A DNA stretch of 64,000 bases from Lama guanicoe (lineage: Eukaryota). The notes under the pieces are model-generated. The model was not told the origin of the DNA. It ran no database searches and saw nothing but the letters and a program-made list of their open reading frames with translations. How positions within the stretch are numbered: position 1 is the stretch's first letter; each line of letters begins with the position of its first letter. The DNA lies in assembly GCA_013239625.1 (NCBI GenBank), contig MU054120.1, positions 248,001 through 312,000 of the forward strand, read 5' to 3'. Of the stretch, positions 55,189-64,000 are shown piece after piece. A program made the translations under genes and the position numbers.

Positions 55189-56959
55189 GGACATTATTAA
55201 TTCATCATTTTAAACTACTGCAGCTTTTCTCACATCTATATTCTATAGTAAACACAGAAATCACAACTGGGTGATTCTTTTCAGTCAGCTCAAAAATTAT
55301 AACTAACATTTTAAATAAGCTTAAATCCATTATTTTAAAATCAGTATAACAACAAATGTTGAAATCTACTAATGAGCTTGGTTGATGTTGAAATTTCCAT
55401 TTAACAGGCGGGAATCTATGCTCACAGAAAGGTGAAGGGACCTTTTTAAAAGCATTATATAAGGGAGTTTTTTTTTTTTTCCTGATACTTCCTTTTCTTG
55501 TATTTTTATTTTTTTCATAGTTCACCAGTTTATCTCAGGATATGATCTTTTACTCTCTTTTTCCAACATATTTACTTGATTTTAATTATAATTCATCCTC
55601 CAGGTTGCAAGTCACCACTCGTAAACTTCTTCACATCTTTGTGTCCAGCCTGGTTTGTTTCTTCCACTTAAATGGACATTTTACGATCTCTTAGCTGAAT
55701 CATTCCAAAGTGGACCAAAACCAATGAACCCTTGAAAAATTCCACTTCCAAAATTGTCACCCATGCATTATTAACAACTCTTGAATTAACCAATAGTCAG
55801 GACCCAATTCACACACACTCATCGGCCTCGTGTTATTTTCCTGTGCACAATTCTGTATTATTTTATACAACTTACGGCTGTTGGGTCTTGATCCTTTTAT
55901 TTATGGGCATAGTCAAGAAAAACAGCGTCAAAAGTAAAATGTTACCTGTTGGCAGATGCCCACGTGGACAGATTTCTTTGGATTACACGTGGTATCGAAA
56001 AGTCTCGTCACTACTGCTTGAAGTGTGGTATTTGAAGGCAATGCAAAGGAAGAGAGGTAGAACAGATGCTGGATTATCTAAAAAAAAGAAAAACAAGGGT
56101 AATATGTACAACTGAGTGCCACAGCTTCATTAGAGTCACTAGCTTTAATTCACCTCAGTAAATTGTGACCATGTTTTAATAATTAACAAAATTGAGTATA
56201 TATACATAAATACATGTGCATATGTATTTCTTTATCAGTCCACTGATGGGATTAGTAAGGTATGACAAAATGATGAAATGTGTGCAGGAGAATAAAAAAT
56301 TTAAAGTATAAAATGAAGATTTGGGTTTTTAAAAAATAAGTAACAGTAAATTACATATGTACTATTATGAGAAGGAAATGTACTGGCATTCATTAGCTGT
56401 CACTCAAATAATTCCCTATACTCATTTACACAATTTGATCTAAAATTCAGTTAAACAAAATCTCCATTGACAATAAAAACAGAAAATTTAAAAGAATTAT
56501 TACAAATACAATCATGAATATACATGTCTTACAGTGAGACAGAGTCATGAAACTGAGACAAAAAGTATCGTAGAAATCTTATGATTTAGAAATCAAATGT
56601 CTTAATCAGATCTGGGTGACAGATGAATGTGCTAAATCTCCTTAACATATCAAATACTTTTATACTTTTATTTCAACTTTAATCTGTTGCTAAGTAGATA
56701 GAAGCTAGTACTTAGAGTTTATTTTCTTTGGGCTACGCTTTCCTTTGCTTAGATTAAAGCTAAGAAAAAGTCAACTCTGTCAATTAAATAACCAGTTGCC
56801 TGCCTTGCATTCAGGGCCACCTATCCTAAAGTGTTGACAGAAGGCAATGCAACCACCAACCCAAATGAGGTTTGTGTGAGAGGATGAGGAAAGTCTGGGA
56901 TCTAGTTGCCAAGTTGAGTGAGAAACTGAGGGTAGGGACTAGAATAAAGATCATGTTTG

Positions 56960-57323
56960 AAAAAAAAAAAAGAGAAAGAAAGGAAAAAAAGTACATCAAT
57001 GAACTCATCTACAAAACAGAAACAAACTCAAAGACATAGTAAACAATCTTGCAGTTACCAGGGAAAAGGGGGTGGGAAGGGATAAATTTGGGAGATGGAG
57101 ATCTGCAAATGTTAACCACTATATATAAAAATAGATTAAAACATTTTTTATTCTGTATAGCACAGAGAACTATATTCAATATCTTGCAATAATCTTTAAT
57201 GAAAAAGAATATGAAAACAAATACGTGTGTGTGTGTGTGTGTGTGTATATGCATGACTGGGGCGTTGTGCTGTACACCAGAAATTGACACATTGTAACTG
57301 ACTATACTTCAATTAAAAAAAAA
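56960..57323 (+). mobile_element. Young L1 3' end (camelid/artiodactyl type) with internal (TG)n and poly(A)
   Basis: AATGAACTCATCTACAAAACAGAAAC...CTGTATAGCACAGAGAACTATATTCAATATC...GCTGTACACCAGAAATTGACACATTGTAACTGACTATACTTCAATTAAAAAA. Confidence 0.9.
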
Positions 57324-59920
57324 GATTAGCAGAAGAATTAGAAAGTCATGGATAAAATCTGAGGAATGGATATGGCTGGAAGAAAAGTTTCAAGTTGGGC
57401 TATGAATGGAGAGTCCACACTAAGCGGGTCTCCTACGTCCAGGATAACAGGAGCGAGGAGGGGCTCACATCTGCTCTGGTCCTACCAGGAGACTTGGGTG
57501 CCTCTGCGACATTTTTAAGCCAAGTAATTCAAGGATGGCAGCTCCAGCTACAAGTAACCAGCTCATCCAAATGCAGCTCATCCCTTCTATGTGGAGGAAA
57601 CACATTTTCCGTCAGTTTCCTCTGGCAGAGAGGGTGTCCCTGAGTTCGGGGCAAAGCCCCCGAGGAAAGCCTCTGGCTTTCCTGACCTCCATCAGCTATG
57701 TTTAGTTATCATGATGGTTCACGGAGGTTAGCATAGAGGCCAGAACAAGAGATCTTGACAAGACCACACTGTAAAGGCTGGCCAACTTTTCTACAAATTT
57801 TTCACAGAGCTTTAACATGACTGCTCTATTTTCTTCCAGAAAGACCAGCCCACATCCAGGGCTTTTTTCAACAAATTGGCCAATAATCCAGGAATTCTCT
57901 GTTTGATAGCTATAACTATACTGCTCTATTGTACACCTCTTTCTCTACATCTATTAAATTGTCATAGTTTCTACATGTTTATGCAAATATACTCATATAA
58001 TGAATTTATTGGTCTTTAGTTTTAAAAATGAAAATTATTGTTTTAGAATTGGTGTGACGAAAAAACCGGAAGACAACAATCCTTAAGAATATGGGAAGCT
58101 TCTCTTTTAATTTGGGAAAGTGACTATTTTGGAGACTGTGTCGAGGTGGGCATAAAGCTCAAAGATTATTTTCCCCCACAAAAGCAGTGTTAATTACTAC
58201 AGTTGGAAGCTGGGCTGTGGTATCAGCTAATTTGGTGTCTTAGCGATTAATACATATGCACAAGTTCTACGACGGGTTTTACTTATAACAGGGTGCATTA
58301 AAAAATGCTTTAGAGCTTTCAACCCGTTTCTAAAGGTTTCATTAGTTATTATAACCCCATGAACTAAGAGGAAGTGGTATTTTTAAGCACTCTTATAGGT
58401 AAGAGCACAAAGAATCAGAGGTGCAAAGCAATTTTGCCAACGTGCAATGTCCTGTAAGTGATCACACTGATCCCTTGACTAGTATATTTTTGTAAGACAC
58501 ATTGTTACTGATTCCACTTTAACATACCAACTTGGAGGCTGCTCTTTCTGTTTACAAATACACTGAAGGAGTGTATTTGTATATATAGTATATTTGCAAC
58601 AGTATATTTCTATGGTGAACTTCCAAATCTCAATTCTTGTCTGTCTTGTCAAGTATTCAAATACTTATTCTGTGGGCTACTAAAGGCCAATTATCCTTCA
58701 AAGTCTTCAGAAAATTCACAGTCCAGCTTATTTACATGTCCTTTCTACAATGTTTTTGAGTACACTGACTACAGTATGTCACCATCGTTAACAGAAAGGT
58801 GACAATGACTGCTGAAAACCCTTGGCTATTTCAAATGTTTTTAAAAAACTTATGTGGTAGGATGTGCTGAAGCCCAAGAACTGTGCCCTCCCTTCTAGGA
58901 ATCAACACCAGTTGATTAATCCATGGAGAAGAACACATAGGACAGAGAAGCAAAGGAACTATTAGTGACAGTCCATGGTCAGCCTCTAGTGTTCTACTCA
59001 AGGCCCTTTCTCACTCAGTTGTACAGAACATCAGAATGCTCCTTTATTTACTTTGTGAATAATAGTTCTTCAATTTCCTAAATCTCACCCAGGCTGCATC
59101 AATTTTATGAACCCTTAGCAACAGTCTACGCCATCCAGAAGTTTGTTTCAAAGTAGTCCAGAAATAATGTATTTAGCAAACTAAGCCCCAAATTAAATCA
59201 ACAGATGCTAGGAGACTTCACTCTAAATTCTTCTAGCTAGCCTGCGGATAAAGCATGCGTTGTCTTCACTTCCTACCTTTAAGGTGAACTATGTTTCCAC
59301 CTACAGGAATTAATACGTTCCTTACAGAATAATGGACTTGGTCTTTTTGCTCCCCCTTCCATCTTTCTTATACCAAGGATACAGTAATGTACAATGTTTA
59401 AATTTAGGGGACAATTCACCCAATTTTATAACAGGAATTAAACTGAACCGAATCTTTTCTTTTCCAACATGTAATTGAATTAAAATTGGAATCTAATCCT
59501 GGGAGGTTACTTTACTCTTCAAAGTGGGCCACCTTTTATAGCCTACTGACTGATTCGCTTTGACAGCTAGACGGGAGAGATATCAGTGGTGCATGGCCCA
59601 CAGAATGTCAGCGACACAAAACCTATTTTCAGATGTAAACTTGCGGTACAGTTAAAAGGACTCTGAGAATGCTAATTGATAATCAGGGTCAAACTAACTG
59701 AAGATGTTTTTGTAATGAGCAAATTAGGAAAAATTATATGAAGCAGCACATAATTATTTTTGAAGACCTGGAAGTGGATATCCCATATCCCATAATCTCC
59801 CCTGACTTCCAATACTGCACTTTAAGAATTACACAAAGGCAGTTGTAGGGGGCTGAACAGTAGCCCCCAAAAGACATTCCCATGTCCTAATCCTCAGGAT
59901 CTGTAATATATCTGATATGA

Positions 59921-62200
59921 TCCTCGACACTGAACGTTTATGTTCCCCTCAAATTCATGCATTGATACCTAATCCCAATGTGAGGAGGGGCCTTTGGGAG
60001 GTTATCAGGGTCATAAAGTCTTTGTGAATGGATTAGCGCCCTTAAAAGTGGAATCCCAGCGAGCTCCCTCCCCCTCCCCCGACCTGGGGACACAGTGAGA
60101 GACGGCTGTCTACGCATCACAGAGAGAGCCCCAACCAAGCAGACACCGCGTCTGCCAACCCCTTGATCTTGGACTCCTAGCCTCTATTAACCACGGAAAA
60201 TAAACGTCATGTTATTTATAAGCCACCTAGTTCTGTGTGACAGCAGCCCTAACAGACTAAGATAAAAATTAGTACCAGGGACGGGGGGTTTTATAACAAA
60301 CACCTAAAAGCGTGGAAGTGGCTTTGGAACTGGGATCCGGGTAGAAGCCGGACAAGTTTTGAAGAGCAGCTAGAAAAGGGCTATGTTCATAAATAGACCT
60401 TTAAGGGCGATTCTGCTGAGAGACCAGAAAGACACGAGGAGAGCAGCGAAGCAATCCTGAACAGAATGTCGGCAGAAACGTGGAGGGCGAGGCCACTCTG
60501 AAGCGGCCTCAGACGGAGGCCAGGAGCGCGCGACAGGACAGCGGGGGAAAGGACAGCCTCGATACGAAGGGCGAAGAACCTGGCTGACCTGTGTCCATCT
60601 TCCAGTTCTGCTGTGGAACTGTGACACGTGAGCGCGGGTATTAGCTGAAACCACTTCTAAGCAAAGTTGGAGGCGCGTCCTTGGTGCCTCCTGACTCCTT
60701 CCGGTAAAACGTCAGAAGAGAGAAATGACAGAAAGACAGGGCCGTGCATCAGCACTTGAGACCTGGAGAGCGCTCGGCCCACCCGTAGACTGAAACGAAC
60801 GGGAAACACGGTCAGAAGGGAACAGAGCGCATTGGACAAAACGCCGCCTGAGGCTGCTCAGCCGTCCCGACAGAAGCAGGGGCTACTGCTGAACGCAGTG
60901 GAAGAATCACTCCAGAGGTGCTTCGGGAATCTTCCGCGCTGCCCCTCCCATCACAGGCCCGGAGGGCAAGGGCTCCAGAGGCCGAGTGAATCCAAGGCAG
61001 GGGCTGCCCGACCCACGGGACCGCGGCGGGTGCTGCCCGGGGCTGCCTCACACCGGCTCCGCTGCCGCCCGCCGGCACTCGGCCCCTTGGCTGCCCCGGG
61101 TGCGGCTCCGGTGGGCGCCGGGACGCTGCCATGGTGGTCACCCCTCCGGGGGACACAGGTGGCAAACCGTGGCAATGTCTGCACTCTTCCACCACCCCTG
61201 CCAGGGTACAGAGTCCAAGAGCCCTGGGGATACGGCTGCTTCTGCCTAGATCCCAAAAGGTGGCTGGCGGAGCTGCAGGCGGGGTGCCTCCCCCGCAGAG
61301 AGCTATGGGCATGACCCCATCTTGCAAGGGCAGAGCCCAGGCACCAAGCTGCCGCAGGCGTGAGGCTGTTACAGGCAGCCCCAACTTGGGTGGCTCCCGG
61401 CGGGGTTCTGGGGGCCGGGCTGCCCTTAAGAACCGCTGGATTACGATTCCAAACCCCAGACAGCCACGGTCAGGGAACTCTGACCTGTGGGAGCTGCAGA
61501 GGGAAGACCACAGCCCCAGTGGGTCCAAAAGCAGACCAGTCAGTAAAAGATCATTCTTGATCCTTAAGGTTTACGGTTAGGTTTTGAACTTACTTGGGAC
61601 CCATTACCCCTTTCTGCTTCCCTATTTCTCCCATTTGGAATGGAAATGTCTATCCCATGCTTGTCTCACAATTATACTTTGGGAGATTTCCCAGGTTCAT
61701 AGCTCAGAGTGAGTCATACCTGAATTCTCTCTCATACCTGCTTTAAATATTTAGACAACACCTTGGTCTTTAAATTTGAGTTGATGCTGGAAGGAGTTAA
61801 GACCTTTGGGACTATGGAGATGGAATAAATGTATTTTGCATGAGTGAAGGACATGCCTTTTAGAAGGCTAGATGTGGAATGCTATAGACTGAAAAGGTTT
61901 GTGTCCCCCAAATTCATAAGCTGATGCCTCAACCCTAATGTGATTATGTTGGGGGGTGGGGTCTTTGGCAGCGATAGGTCATGAGGGTGAAGCCCTCATG
62001 AATGGGATCGTTGTCTTTATGAAAAAAGCCTAAGAGCTCTCCCTTGCCCATTCTGCCATGTGACAACATGAAAAGATTGCCATCGATGAACTGGGAAGCT
62101 AGTTCTCCCAGAAAATGAATTTGCTGGCACCTTAATCTTGGACTTCCCAGCCTCTGGAAACCCTCCAAGTCTACGGTATTTTGTTACAGCAGCCTCGACA
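59921..62200 (+). mobile_element. LTR-internal-LTR MaLR (MLT1A/MLT1A0-like): 5' LTR about 59921-60264, internal 60265-61879, 3' LTR 61880-62200
   Basis: Two homologous LTRs (CTGAA..TTT.TGT.CCC..AAATTCAT...GCAGCC). The internal start AAAATTAGTACCAGG is typical of MaLR-int. ORF remnant ..GKPWQ..PRSQK (61131..61580) resembles the MaLR internal ORF. Confidence 0.85.
60430..61480. promoter_or_regulatory. CpG-island-like region within the MaLR internal sequence
   Basis: 16 CpG in 61021-61140, versus 1 CpG in 61561-61880 of the same element. Confidence 0.6.
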
Positions 62201-62589
62201 GAGGGCAGAAGATGTGATTAAGTTAAGGACCTCGAGAGAGGAGCTTATCCTGGATTATTCAGGTGGTCCTTAAATGCAGTGTATTCCTATGAAAAGAGAG
62301 TTTAGAGACAGAGTGGAAAACACAGAAAGGAGACAGTGTATATGAAAATGAGGCAGAGCAGGAAGCGATGCAGCCACAAGCCAAGGAACGCTGACGGCCA
62401 CCAGCAGCTGGAAAAGGCATGGAGCAAACTCTTTCCTGGAGCATCTTTAAGGAGCACCGTCCTGCTGAGAGCTTAGCCTCCAAGAAGTGAGAATAAGTGT
62501 CTACTTACTGTTTTAAGCTACCAATTGTAGTAATTTGTTAGGGCAGCCCTAAGAAACTAATACAGCAGTAGTGATGACATTGTTTATTA

Positions 62590-63060
62590 AAGCCATGAAC
62601 CCAGCAGTTCCACACAAACATGTTTTTCTTACATAAATATTCATACAGCTTTGCAAAGAAACATGTACAGGATGTCCAGGACAGCATCATTTATAACTGT
62701 GGAAAACTGAAAGTCACTAGGAAAACGGGTAAATTGCTGCACATTCATAACAAATGACCACAGAACCATAAAAAGAATGAGGTAGACCTATATGCGCTGA
62801 TGTGGGACATTGTTAAAAGTGCAATAAATGCAGTTAACAGTAAGCTATCAAACAAAAATGATTCCATTTATTTTAAAGTATATACACACAGACACTTAGG
62901 TCTATTTATTTGTATTTGCACACAAATTATCTAGAACAATTCGTGAAAAGCTATTAATAGCAGGTGACATTGGAACGTGGTTCTATATAATTTACCTAAT
63001 GAGTATATCATATCTTTCTATTAAAAACTGTACAAAATGGCTAAACATAAAATTTCAGCA
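62590..63060 (+). mobile_element. Old L1ME-type fragment
   Basis: GAACCCAGCAGTTCCAC...ACAGCATCATTTATAAC...AAAAAGAATGAGGTAGACCTATATG. Confidence 0.55.
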
Positions 63061-63237
63061 TGCAAATATAAATATATCCCTTTATATGTTAACTTGGTTG
63101 TAAGTTATAACAGGCACTTCTATTTGTATTACACATACAATTTTCGTATCTGTTTTTCCCCTATGATTTTTTCCTGCTAGCTAAATTTTAATCAACGGAG
63201 GCACAAAGGAATTGACTGCCGTTTATGGATCTTATCC

Positions 63238-63428
63238 AATAGTTCTCACTATGTGATCCCTGGTTAAGCAGCAAAAGCATAACCTGGCACCTTGCTAGAA
63301 ATGTAAATTCTGGGGGCACCGCCTCCGACTGAATGGACTGAAGCTCCAGAAGTGAGGCCCAGAAAACTGTAACTTAACAAGTCCCCCAGTGACTGATGCC
63401 CACTGATGTCTGACAGTTGCCGGTCTAG
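63238..63428. mobile_element. MER5A hAT-Charlie element
   Basis: GTTCTCACTATGTGATCCC...CTTGCTAGAAATGTAAATTCT...GGCCCAG..ACTGT..TTAACAAG.CCCCCAG. Confidence 0.7.
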
Positions 63429-63479
63429 GCTCTTCCTCTAGCACACCTGCAAGTGTTAGCTGCAATAAATGCAATCAGC

Positions 63480-63830
63480 TACTTGCAGTTCTTGAGCCAT
63501 CCCGCGGCTTCACAACCCCATATACCGCCTGCTGTTTCCTCCAACTGCAGCATTCCTCACGCTACCTTCCTCCACCTGACGGGCTCCCATCTGTAACTTA
63601 AGACACGTAAGGACATCATCTCCCCTGTCCTTGAGGTCGGACTTTGCTCCAATCCTAAGTCCTGTACACATTTTTACCATAACACGCATATCACGTAACA
63701 TCATGTACATCACATTTACTTGACACTCTCTGTGTTCTTGAGAACAGGATCTATATCTTATTTCACTTTATTCTCAGAACACAGTAGGTGTTCAATAAAT
63801 AGTCTCAAAGATACAAAGGTGAACGAGAAA
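63480..63830 (+). mobile_element. L2 3' end
   Basis: TTCTTGAGAACAGGA...ACACAGTAGGTGTTCAATAAATA. Confidence 0.55.
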
Positions 63831-64000
63831 TGAATGTTTTGGAAATCAGTATTTGCATCACTTTTGAATTAACATACAGCTAGGCAGCACAGGAAAAAAA
63901 AAAAACCAAAACACTCTTCTTGAAGTCAAAACTCCCTGAACTCAAGCCCATATTCCACTATGTTCTAGATGTATCATTTAACTTCTCATATTCTTCCACT

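Larger units (their letters stand above)
59844..62564 (+). mobile_element. MLT1D-like MaLR LTR (59844-about 59920 and about 62201-62564) split by a nested MLT1A element
   Basis: TG...CA termini with a perfect 5-bp TSD GCAGT (59839-43, 62565-69). The halves rejoin colinearly (GTCCTAATCC...| ...GATGTGATTAAGTTAAGGA...TATCCTGGATTAT...GAAACTAATACA). Confidence 0.85.

Noticed and set aside
54162..55274. Several ORFs of 60-154 aa
   Set aside because: Fragments of a degraded L1; not functional genes.
60812..61528. 238-aa minus-strand ORF and overlapping ORFs
   Set aside because: Stop-codon scarcity in GC-rich MaLR internal DNA explains them; plus-strand pieces are frameshifted MaLR ORF remnants, not a host gene.
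4530..61720. Scattered AP-1 (TGAGTCA/TGACTCA) and HRE-like RCGTG motifs
   Set aside because: Short motifs at roughly chance frequency over 64 kb with no convincing clustering.
1..64000. CRISPR arrays, operons or other prokaryote-type systems
   Set aside because: The sequence is clearly mammalian intron-exon DNA and no repeat-spacer arrays were seen.

Overview
Mammalian genomic DNA, AT-rich and repeat-rich, most likely from a camelid (alpaca/camel group) based on two tRNA-Ala-derived Vic-1-type SINEs. The window holds the complete coding region of SLC16A7 (monocarboxylate transporter 2, MCT2) on the minus strand. There are four coding exons with GT-AG boundaries: 52239-52023, 9039-8896, 5711-4893 and 1751-1411, giving 1521 nt and 506 aa. 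The promoter and non-coding first exon(s) were not identified and probably lie beyond the right edge. The rest is intron or UTR filled with eutherian repeats (L1, L2, MIR, MaLR/ERVL LTRs, Tigger/hAT DNA transposons, microsatellites). Repeat family names come from recalled consensus sequences, not from a database search. I see no evidence of a wholly new multi-gene system. The most notable observations are: (1) an in-frame 75/84-bp tandem duplication lengthening the MCT2 cytoplasmic C-tail; (2) an LTR-internal-LTR MaLR nested in another MaLR LTR, whose internal region has become CpG-island-like about 8 kb upstream of the first coding exon; (3) a homeobox-motif-dense candidate enhancer at about 48 kb; (4) an L1 that underwent a microhomology deletion and then a 214-bp tandem duplication; (5) a strong CTCF motif in the last intron.
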